Below are positions 21,779 to 33,491 of a stretch of 64,000 bases of DNA, piece by piece. Numbering within the stretch: position 1 is the stretch's first letter; each line of letters begins with the position of its first letter. The notes beneath the pieces are model-generated. The model searched no databases. It was not told the origin of the DNA and saw only the letters and a list, made by a program, of their open reading frames with translations. The translations under genes were made by a program, and so were the position numbers. The DNA is from Mytilus trossulus (taxonomy: Eukaryota), in assembly GCF_036588685.1 (NCBI RefSeq), contig NC_086386.1, forward strand, positions 77,996,001 to 78,060,000, read 5' to 3'.

Positions 21779-24480
21779 CCCGAGTTGATAAAACAAAACT
21801 AGTCATTCCTTATCTGTGATTCTGTGTGTACTCTTTTATAGATATTGTGAAGATGTTGAAAAAGAGTTGAAGAAGAGAGAATGGTTTGAAGTGCTTTCCA
21901 CGATTTGAACTATGAAATTTCATTGCTAGGCAATTTGTATGATTTCTTTATGCATTCTATGAATGGTACAGAAAGTAAAATTTGTTTGTGAACTTGGAAA
22001 CAGGAACAACAACACAATTAAAAGTCACGGCGGATCACCTGACTTTCTAGCTAGTTCTTTGAATGGATCAGGCTGTTATCTGTGGAAGACAGTTTGGACA
22101 CCAGGGATACAGTTTTAAACTAGTTCCATTTAGCTCTTAAGCAAAGAATTGAAGGTGTATGGTGGTCCGAGCGATACCTTTCAGTGTAAACTATTAAAGT
22201 GATGACAGCTGGCCTTGATATTGGTCAATTTTCAGTGTAATAGTCATAGTATGATGTTCTACTGTCTCAGCTCAAAATATTGTATTATAGTACATGATAT
22301 TTTTCATTTTGTTAATTGCAAATTTTTGTTTTGAAAGCATCGATTGTTAACACTTCATTTTGAGATCAGTTTCTGTTGATTTTGTAAACAATATTTATTT
22401 GTTACAAGGGTGTCACAAACTTGTTATAAAATTATACTGGTAATTCATGTAAATGGCTATGTAAAAGGTTTATTGTGACTTGATTGTTTAAAATGTTGAG
22501 AAAACAAAAGTTACAAAAAAAGTAAAAATATGAAAGAAAAGTGTATTCTAAAGGTGGGATGTTATTGGCTATTTGATTTTTTTGTCAATTTAAATACATA
22601 CATTTCATTGAACCATTTGCGTGATCATTTCCTATACATGTTAAAAATCCAGTATATTTTGTGGTTTTGAAGTTGTTTTCCTAATATGCACTGATATGTG
22701 ATAAAATTGTCCTTACATTGAAAAGTAAATGCTTAAAAATGGCATATGAAGTTGCATTTAAAGGCAAGGTTCACAAGAATGAGGGAGGTGATTTGAAAAA
22801 TGGTGTAAGGAACACAGAAAAAAAGGATATATACATTAACATTCATTTCTCATTATCATTTTCTCATTATCATTCCAAAAATAAAGTGCTATGAATTAAT
22901 TTATTTGTATAAAGTTTTGATTTGTAAATTATTATTGTTGAATCAGATAATATTCCAGAACTATTCCTGGAGCAAATTTACTTCAAGGAAAGATTCAAAA
23001 AAAATGTACAAAGTATTTGTCTTGAGTTAGAATTGTTGTTTCTAGGTACAGAATTTATATTGCTTCTATTTACAGTGAAAAAAATATACTTTTTGGGGCC
23101 AAAAGAATAAGTGTATGAAAGGGCATTCTTACCTGATACTTAACTATGTTGGGTTATTTTTGGACATTATGCATTGTTGCAACACTTACAGTACATGTCA
23201 AATAAATTTTGTCATGGTTAATAAAATTCTTGTGATAAGGCTTATTTGTTGAAAACACTTTTGCTATAATTGTTATGCATGTTAAATTGAGTTTGTTCGA
23301 AAACAGTTGAAAACTTCAGAACTTTCATTACGGAAAAAAACCCATTTGTTATCAAGCTCGAAATAAAATCATTCATTTATCAAGTTCAAAATAAAATCAT
23401 TCATTTGAAAAATTTTGGGTTGCAGAATGCATTATTTATAAAGGGTATTTGGGAAGAAATTCCTAGTATATTATTCATAAATTAATAAATTCAAGAAAAC
23501 GTAAAGTTAACAAAGCATTTCTAACAAAGAGAAAAAAATGCTATTGTTGATAATTTATGTCATAAAATAATATTGGATTATTAAAAAAAAAATGCGTTGA
23601 GGCAGAGTTAGCATTGTTTTGTGTGAATTAGTAGACTTACATTTAAAAGTGTTTGGTATTTAACAAAGTGCAATAATGTAAGTAGTTATTTGATGAGTTG
23701 ATTTTTTACTTTATTTTTATACATGTACTTGCAGTTGAAAACTCATTTTAATCAGACATTAGCAATTGTCACAATAATTCATTATTTTTCACAAATTCAG
23801 AGTTTATTTTTTCATGTATTTTTTCCATTGTATGAATGTAGGATGAATGTGAATTATTTTAAGATACTTATTGTTTTTGTTTTAAACTGAATTCTTAAAA
23901 TCAGCAAATTGTATTCGGATGGTTGAAACATTGACAAAGATAATTGTTTTTGAAAAATCTTCTATTTATTGGCAGAGGAAATTTATATTTATGAACCAGT
24001 ACAAATTTGGTTTCGAATTCTATTTATTTTCTGGTTCTTCTTTTAACACTTTTTCACTGAAAAAATGAATTTAATCAAAAAGTAGATAAATGACTCAAAT
24101 CAACACTAAAATTATTATTGATTAAAATAATCTATAAAAAAAACTTTTTGTATGATATGAAAATTCTTGTGGATAATTTCTTTATAGATTTTAAGATTTA
24201 TTCATTATAAAGATAAAACTAAGTTTTCATTAGTTGATTTATTCATTATAAAGATAAAACTAAGCTTTAATCAGTTAAGGATAGAAACAAGGTATTTAAG
24301 GTAAATTGTTGTTTTAAATGATGAGTTTGAAAGTGTTAGTTATTTTATTGTTGTGTTGAATGGAAGATTGAATATATATGCTGTGAATGAAAAGTTTGTA
24401 TGTCTGAATGTTGATATATTTTTTACAATCTTATCCTACAAAGGAGGCAATAAAAGGATATAAAATTGATAAATGTGTTT
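21779..24480 (+). other. PCF11: Probable long (~2.7 kb) PCF11 3' UTR with several poly(A) signals; distal AATAAA at 24449-24454
   Basis: U/UGUA-rich stretch with no recognisable transposon after the stop. The distal AATAAA is followed by GU/U-rich sequence, and repeats resume at ~24620. Confidence 0.5.
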
Positions 24481-24614
24481 GTTACTTTGATTATTGACAC
24501 ACCTGCTGTTCTGATATCATCCTCCAGAGTACATTCATATCAGCTGTTTGACCTAAATTACTTTTACCAGAACTTATCATTGGTTAAATTGTTTCCTCAG
24601 AGCTTTAGGTCAAT

Positions 24615-25115
24615 TTTTTTTTGCCCCTGCCTTAGCGAAGGGACTCAAGTTTTACCCTTTTCTGTCTGTATGTATGTCTATACTTGCGTCTTAAAGTTGG
24701 TTTCCATTCTTGAACTTTAGTTTGCTTCAACCAAAGGTTATTAAACTTATACACAAAGCTTATTACCACAAAATACATATCAAGTTTGAATTTTGGTGGT
24801 TTCACTTCAACCGCTCTAGAATTATGCTCCTTTACAAATGGAAAAAAGGATATCGGTTCTAAAAATATCAATAATGTATTCATTAAAAGTGTTTTTTAAA
24901 ATTGGAGATATATTCCTTTGTCCATAATTGTAGTTGAATTACCTACAACCAAGGCTTTATACATTGTCAACTGGAAAAAATTATAAATAATCTTTAATCT
25001 TCGGTGCTTACAAGGACTTTGATTAATGTTCTTCAGTATTGTCCCTTTATAACTTTATATGATGTGCAAGTGGGGGCATCATCTGTGTCCCATTGACACA
25101 TTCCCCATTTAATTT
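24615..25115 (+). mobile_element. HINE-like element, same family as 20207-20785
   Basis: Shared 5' gaagggac..aagttttaccctt, microsatellite, core and 3' tgtgtcccattgacaca hairpin. Confidence 0.65.
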
Positions 25116-26392
25116 TTAGGTTAGGTGGTCAGAAAAAAGTCTTGATCAAAGGGCAATATGTACAAAGGCAGTCTTCTTGTAAAAAATATGCTCAGCACAG
25201 TGGAAATTGTCAACTGAAAATCTTAATTGACTAGCATTATTGGTTTTCCTACTGAAGGTGGATGGTTCTATTCAGGCACTCTGGCTTCATCTACCAGTTA
25301 AAACTTATTGCCAGGAAATAGCAAAGAAAATTGTGTTAAACACTGATCAATCTATGACTACCCAAAGAGATTTACTTCAAAAGGGGCAACATTTTTCCAA
25401 ACCAACAAGCATGGTTGTCCTAACTTACATTAAATTACATCAACAAAGAGACATGCCTAGGAAAAACTTCCATAAATCAAATTGTATTGATCATGTTGAT
25501 GCATGGTTTTTATTATGTATGAAGGATCACATGATAAAAAGTATGTTTTTGTGTTTTTTTGGTCGTCTGTAATTCAAGATGGCTAGCAGCCACTATACAA
25601 GACTGATATACAAAGGACTACAGAAAGTAACTGCATAAAACTTTCCCATAAAAACTCATTTGATGCAAAAACCTTGATAACTGTCATAACTGAAACATCT
25701 TAGAAATTTGATCAAAACTTAGTAGAAATGTTCAAGATGAATTGAAACAATTATAAAAATCAGTTGGCTAGACTAACTACAATACTGTTAATCATCTGGT
25801 CTTCATATCGGCAAAATATTGAAATCATGTGAGAACAAAAAATCATATTTTATTAAACAAAACAAACAAAAAACATTAAAAAAAAATTCCATAAAACAAA
25901 AAAAAGAAATAAAAAAACCTTGAAAAAAATAATGTTATCTTCTTCTCTCTCCATACTAGACTGGGATCACATGGCTACACCTTCCTACGCTTTTATAAAT
26001 AGTACTTTCTTCTTACAGACCTGAAATGAGAAAAGTTTGCATTAAAGCATTCATATAATATGTATTTCTCTTATGAATAAAGACCGTTTTTGTAAATTAA
26101 AGATGTTTCACTTTGTAATTATATAACTACTGATGTCACCTATTGTTATTTGTATATGTATTGTTTTATATATTATTGTAAATTATATGCCATATGTATA
26201 TATTGTATTTGATGAGCCATAGTTTCTAGTTAATAAAGAATTTAAATTAGAAATGATTTTTTTCAATCAGTAATGAAACCAGCAGGTTCGGTCATTTTGT
26301 ATAAGGGGAGAGGTTTCAACCCTGGCTCACCATAAAATGTTTACATAATTGTTATTTTTTTAAAGAAAAATCTACCTTTAGACCCCCCCCCC

Positions 26393-26423
<31 letters not shown>

Positions 26424-26543
26424 ACACTAGATCAATCAATTTTCAGCAAAAACAAAAACACTGCAATAAGATATGGGAAGGCGAGCGTACGTCCCCTTGT
26501 CCCCTTTCCATTGGAAAATATATCATTTCTAATATGAACTTGT

Positions 26544-29500
26544 TCAAGCATTTTCCCATTCGCTCCGCCCAAAATTGTATTCCCGTTTATTGAAATACGC
26601 TCTTTCGTACATCCTAGGCCTGACATTCAGAGTTAGAGCAGAAATCTCAATAATAAGATGTTTTATTGAGCTTCCATTGAACCAAGTAGTATTACCTTCA
26701 ACAATGAGTAATCTGTCTACATCATCTTCCGCTTGGTCCAATAAGTAACTATTATATTCATTTACTGATTTCAATGACTTCAACTCACTCTCTGTTAAAT
26801 AAAATTTTACAAGTTCTGAAGATTATATTCATTTTATTTGTATGAGAAATCATGCAAATTTCATAACGTATAACGATCTACTAGCATTGTAATGATGTAA
26901 ATAAGATATGGATATATTTATGTGAAATGATAGCTAATGAGTTAACTATCTACTATAGACCAAAGGACGTGGATGTAAGCAAATACAGTTCACCTTGCAC
27001 GATAACAAGGAGCAAATCTTATAATGTATAGCCACCAAAACATGACAAAAACATCCCCCCCCAAAAGAAGATAAACCCCCAAAAAGAAAAATGATTTATT
27101 TACAGAAAAATAAATCAAAAGAAAACAAAATATGATAAAAAGTATTCAACAACATCCACTCAAATACACGATGAAGCAGGGTTTATCTGATGAGTTAAGC
27201 CTTCTTCAACTGAATGTAATGTTCGTTCTTATTTTGTACCTTTACACCACCGTCCCAGGTTATAGTAGGATTGGGCTCCTGCTAACATGCTTGACCCCGT
27301 CACATACTGTTTGAATGTGCCTGTCCCAAGTCAGAAGGCTGTAATTCAGTGGTTGTCGTTTGTTGATATGTTACATATGTGTTTTTCCTACATTTTTTTG
27401 GTATACAAATTAGGCCATTAGTTTTTCTCGTTTGATTTATTTTACATTGTCATTCGGGGCTTTTATAGCTGACTTTGCGGTATGAACATTGCTCATTGTC
27501 GAAGGCTGTATAGTTGTTAATTTCTGAGTCATTTGGTCTCTTTTGGAGAGTTGTCTCATTGGCACTCATATCACATCTTCTTTTTGAACATTCAACTTGT
27601 TTGAAGTTGCCAAATACAATTCTTCATTAGATTTCAGGATGAATCACATATTATTGATTTCCTTTTAAAGGTGACCATTAGATCAATCAATCAATCAATC
27701 AATCAATAAATTAAACATGCTTCTGAGACAATCAATCAATTCATTGATCAACCAACCAACCAAACAATCGATCAACCAACCAACCAATCGATCACTCAAT
27801 TAAACATACAAACAAAGAAACAATGAATCAACCAATCAATCGATCAATCAATTAATCAATTAATTCTTGCTTGGTTTCTTCAACTATTAAAATCAAATTC
27901 AAATTGTCAATCTTTAGATCAATTATATAATACTCAATCATTGTTTTATTCAAAATTATAAAATCTTACCAATAAATTTTTTAAGTCTGTTTAGTTCCGC
28001 GTGAACTTTTGTCTCTTCGACATGAGCAAGCATTGTGATCAGTGGAGTCTCATAATAAGGGGCTGCCTCATTATTCCAATTTTTCTTAAAACGGGAAAAT
28101 TGGACAGACAGCCCCTCAATTTCTGCCATCTTTTGATCCACGTCTTGATCAAGTTTGCCGCAGGATCTTGCTAGTCTCCGTAACGGCATCTCAAGGGTTG
28201 AGTTTTTACTTCTAGCATCTAGATACATAAATATATAAATATTACTTTAAAAACATCCCAGTTGTTCGTTTGTATTTCCTCTGTATTTAAAAATACTTTT
28301 AAAAGTGTTTTAAGATTACGGAGGTTTTTCACCAGATCTGGCAAACCTTCATAGTGGCATCTCAATAATAAAAATAATAATAACCGAGAATCTTAAAACC
28401 TGATTTGTTGAGCAAAACGACGGCTGTCACATGTGCTTACCCTTCCGGAAAACCCGAGATCTCCTCTAGTTTTTGATGGGGTTCGTGTTGCTTATTCTGT
28501 AGTTTTCTATGTTGTGTCATTGTACTAATGTTTGCCTGTTTATCTTTTTCATTTTTAACCATGGCGTTGTCAGTTTATTTTCGATTTATGAGTTTGACTG
28601 TCCCTCTTTTTATATCCATATTACTTTAAAACATGTCCCCAGTTGTAATGTTCATTTGTATTTACTCAAAAATACCATTGCCAGTGTATTCAGATAACGG
28701 ATTATGTGTTTTTACGCTCTATACCTTACATGTACCTATTTTCTGGAATAAAATACATAAAGAATCGACAGTTGTCTAACCCTGATTTCATCACCTATCA
28801 ATCATTTAATCAAGTTATGACATAAACAATTTTTAAAGACTATATTCTGGTTAATAATAGAGAAATTATAGATGCATCAAGCTTGTATTTCTATCACCTA
28901 TCAGTCAAGTATCAGAAATTTATTTCACACACAGGAAGCGGTGTAACGGAATTTAAACGGTGCTTTTAAGCTTGATGTATCTTATCGGTTTTTAAAAGAA
29001 GAAAAAAATTGTCTTAACTGGTCATTTACAAAAGATGTAGTATTACCTTCAAGATATGGTTGTAATCCAGATATAACTTTATCGTTTTGAATACATGTAG
29101 TTTTCATAAATGCCAGTTCTACAAAGAAAAATAAGATGAACACATAAAATACGTTTCTCAGAGACCAAAGTTAACTGCTTTTAAAAATTTAAATCTGTAC
29201 ATTTACATGTAGTGTATTTTATCTAAGGGAACGACCATTCGACTTAAAAAAGTGGACGGTGTCTCTAAATAATAGAAATATTCTGTTCCCCAATTTGATA
29301 AAAAAAAATAATATATACTAGTGATCTGGCCAATTAGATGAGAAAAAAAATCTGAATTTTGATTCCCCCAAACCTCGTAGTGCTAAAAATTGAAAGAAAA
29401 TAGATTGATAGCGTAAAAACTAAAAAAAAAAAATTTCGCGCTAAAACATTTCTGACCCACGACAGACAAAACACCATAATCCCTCTTGTGAAGTTAAATG

Positions 29501-32331
29501 CGCCAGTGTTTGAAAGAGGGCATTCCATTCTCTATTCTTACATTTTTAGACCATTTTCTTTATATTTCGGTCTATTTTTCTCAAAATTAACCAATGCCTT
29601 TGAGACAAAGATGAGTAGCGATGCTTCAATTGTCCTTGTGTTTAAACCACCTTTTACATGTCAGGTACTGTTTAATCACAATGTCCGTCAACATGGTCAA
29701 GCACCGGTTATTCCAAACTCCGTCAATTAAGTACCGTTTAATCAAAACTCAATCAAACACCGTTCAATCCAAAATCAGTCCCGTCACAAACAGTTCAATC
29801 CCAAACTCCGGCCAAATACCATTTATCCCAAACTCCGTCAAATACCATTTATCCCAAACTCCGTCAAGTACTGTTTAGTCCCGAATCCCATCAAATAACG
29901 TTTAATCCCAAACTCCGTCAAATACTGTTTTAAAAGTCCCAAACTCCGTCAAATACTGTTTATTCCCAAACTCCGTCAAATACCATTTCATCCCAAACTT
30001 TGTCAAATACCATTTAATCCCAAAACTCCGTCAAATACCATTTAATCCCAAACTCCATCAAATACAATTTAATCCAACACTGACTCCGTCAAATACAATT
30101 TAATCCCAAACTCCGTCAAATACTGTTCAATCTCAAACTCCGTCAAATTCCATTTAATCCCAAACTCCGTCAAATACCAATTAATCCCAAACTCCATCAA
30201 AAACCATTTAATCACAAACTCCGTCAAATACCTTTTAATCCCAAACTCCGTCAAATACTGTTCAATCCCAAACTCCGCTAAATACTGTTCAATCCCAAAC
30301 TCCGTCAAATAGATATAGGAAGATGTAGAATGTGCCAATAAGACAACTTTCCATCCAAGTTACAATTTAAAAAAGTAAACCAGTATAGGTCAAGGTACGG
30401 TCTTCAACACGGAGGTTTGGCTCACACCGAATAGCGAGCTATAAAGGGTTTAAAAAATACTAGTGTAAAACCATTCTAACGGGAACACCAATGGTCTAAT
30501 CTATATGAAAAAGTACCGTTTAATCCTTAAATCCGTCAAGTATGGTTTAAAACTTAACTGTGTCAAGTATTGTTTAATCCTTAACCCCGTCAAGTATTGT
30601 TTAATCCCAAACTCCGTCAAGTAGTGTGTAATCCCAAACTCCGTCAAGTAGTGTGTAATCCCAAACTCCGTCAAGTATTGTGTAATCCCAAACTCCGTCA
30701 AGTACCGTTTTTATCCTAAACACCGTCAAATTACAAATATCGTTATTAATCCAAAAATCCGAAACAGTGGTGATGGTGCTTCGCAAAACTATTAAAAATT
30801 CAACGCAATGGTGATTAAAAAAGCCGTGGTTTCCCGTTACTTTAGATAAAAAAATATATCTTACTTTAGGGACAGTCTACATGAACATGATGAATAAGTA
30901 TACTAAAATATTATTCCTTCAATGATTTAAATGCTTTATATAGCTAACCTTTTATTAGCCTTCCATTCAGTTGACGGCGTTTGCGGACAAGATAAGCTAT
31001 CATAAAACATATAAAAACCAAAGCGACATCTACGGGATCAATGGTATCCTAAAAAGTAATAAGAGCAGCATAAACATGAAGTTTAAAGCAAGACTGAAGG
31101 TCAATAGGGGGCACTGTTAACATGTGCTTCCGAATTAGTTTCTTTAATCTTATTAATTTAATTTTGTGTTTTTATATCGTTATCTTTCAATCTATATGAT
31201 GTATACATGGTATATGTACGCTCGAATTGATTTGAAAATATAAATGCGTATGGAATGTCTGTTCTCAACAAAACTCGTCTTGCAATGGTGTGTCACTTTT
31301 GCTTAGTGTTGAAGGCCTCAGTGTGACTTTGAGATGAAGAATAGCAATTAACTATCGTTTCTTTGCTTTGGTTTTGACAATTGCTTTAAGTTGTTTTATT
31401 CGTTTTTTTTCCCATATTATTAGGTATCTGAAGTTAATACATTTCTTCGTAATTACCACTATAGACTTTAAGCAATCAGTAATCAATCAATCATATACTT
31501 ACCTCAATATGTCTTACAACATCATTACCAGTACTTAGCAAACCATCGATTTCAAGGAATTTCGATCTGAAAAAAAAAAGAAAACGAAATAAATAAATAA
31601 AATTAATTTAAAACCGTCCGTTTTATAAGGGAACAACCATTAAATGATTTAACTTTAGGGGTCTAAATCCAGATCTTCTTCACACCCCATAGTGTCAAAA
31701 AATTTTTGGTTCATACAAAAAAAAAACATAAACAAGATAAATAGTCTGTTTTTAAAAAGAAATAGAAACCCAACGGTTGAGATATTGTTTGTGATCCGTA
31801 AATATATGAATAACTTTCTATGGTAGATTCTACTTGTATTTGAATGGAGATGTAAGTCAGAATGAAAAGCATATTTCTCTAATAGTTAGATTTTATCGAG
31901 CATATATAGTTGGTGCATGGTCCCGTGGTAAAGTGTTAACCTCATATAGGAAAGGTCGTAGGTTTTTATCCTTTGAATTGCTGAACTTTTACATGGAATG
32001 AAACAATAAAAATAATAATAATGATAATAAATATAAGAAAATAATGATAATAATGATAGTATAATTTACTTACTTTATATAAATACATGAAATAAAAATT
32101 TTAAGAACTATAGTATGATTGTTTTTTGTTGTAGTTATATTTTTCAATTACAATCGCTGCAATATTGAAGTAGGTAGTTTCAAAAATATGCAATATTCCT
32201 TTTAAAGATATATACACCAAGAATTCGATAAAAGTATAAAAGGAAAATGTGTCTACATACCTAAGCAATGACTCTTTACGAACGGTTGTCGCTTGGAGCA
32301 GAAAACATAGAAAGATAAGGGAATAATGCAT
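26544..32331 (-). CDS. Uncharacterised single-pass membrane protein with predicted helical/coiled-coil cytoplasmic region (6 exons, ~267 aa)
   Basis: Exons on -: 32331-32261, 31566-31503, 31048-30949, 29118-29047, 28218-27970, 26791-26544. All are GT-AG, phases are compatible (2,0,1,1,1), 804 nt with no internal stop. Hydrophobic N-terminus MHYSLIFLCFLLQA; TM-like VALVFICFMIAYLV followed by RKRR. Confidence 0.72.
27682..27862. repeat. (ATCA)n/(ACCA)n microsatellite region
   Basis: Directly visible. Confidence 0.9.
29700..30760. repeat. ~27-bp minisatellite (AATCCCAAACTCCGTCAAATACTGTTT) interrupted by a dispersed-repeat insertion at ~30309-30506
   Basis: About 30 visible units. Gives the spurious YLTEFGI ORFs and lies in intron 3 of the membrane-protein gene. 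Confidence 0.95.
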
Positions 32332-32875
32332 CTCTAACTTTCTCGATTGTATATTTTACGTCTCTAATCGTCCTCAGTCAATATATAATCTCCCGAAAAT
32401 CTCAGACGTTGTCAAAAGTAACGTTACACGTCATAAAGACAGACGAATGTAACGCAATCTAACAAACTGACGGCCTTGTTCATCGTAATATCTTAAAATA
32501 TATTTGGAACAAGAAAGGGGGACAGGGTGGTTTTTTATGGTCGGGTGGGCGGGGTTTTAAGATAACAAATGTCAATGTCAATTTAATCAAGATGATCAAA
32601 ACATGACTGTACTTTTATCTTAATTTCAACTTTTCTATTTGTGTTTATGTTTGTGCTGTTTATTTTTTTTTGTTCTCTTAATTTTGCAGTGGAAGATTGC
32701 CGAAATACCCCACTCGGAAATTTTTGAACGTAAAAAAAGATAAAATAGCAAAACGGGATTTTTTTCCAAACTCTACCAATTAATATTGACTTACAAATGC
32801 ATAATTCACAAGCGATGTTTTTTAAAGAATATTTTGACAAAACTGAACCAAACCTGTACCTAAAACTTTAACTAA

Positions 32876-33118
32876 GGCCACATAAAATAAAATTGTGTTT
32901 CCTTCTACATCTTTGAAAAAATGAGGTTAGGTTTATAGGGAATAGTTTTTATTTTACAATCCTTTTTTACATTGAGTCTATGGGAGAAACATTCTGGCTT
33001 TAACAGTGCTTATTTGAAATGCCGAAAAAAATACCCTTTAACGTAGGCTATATTTCTAATCTTTGATTATCAGGTAGGTAGGGAAATAGGAAACGTACCT
33101 ATTATACTTAATTAGGCC
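32876..33118. mobile_element. PIF/Harbinger-type MITE between divergent genes
   Basis: taa|ggcc ... ggcc|taa; resembles 14427-14672. Confidence 0.55.
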
Positions 33119-33491
33119 TAAAAGCGAATCATCATTTCACTATTTGATTTTCATTGATTATTGAAACAATAATCATATAAATATATATTTTTTTAATTTC
33201 TCGTAGCTAATGCCCCTTAAGAGCACACCTCAGCTGTGCATTATCTAGTTTATTGCACAATAACAAATACGAAATGGTGCCTTTGTCTGGTGTTAAGTAT
33301 GTTTGTTTATATTTTGTATTTTATTTACGCGAAAAAAACCTGGTCCAACTCTGATAGACACAATCCGATTAACCTCGATAAAAACATTTCCCGAGCTTAT
33401 CAATATACCTACCGTGATACATTTAAGTTGATTAATAAGGGGAGTTAAGTTTATTCAAAACAAGGAAGTTGTTTGTTAACCCGTGTTAGAT

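Noticed and set aside
29700-30760. CRISPR-like regular repeats and YLTEFGI repeat ORFs (30069-30338, 30501-30786)
   Set aside because: Head-to-tail 27-bp units with no unique spacers, no cas genes and a eukaryotic intron context: a minisatellite.
33483-33491. GTG start given by the ORF track for the TRIM gene
   Set aside because: Eukaryotic gene; the first ATG at 33492 is the plausible start.
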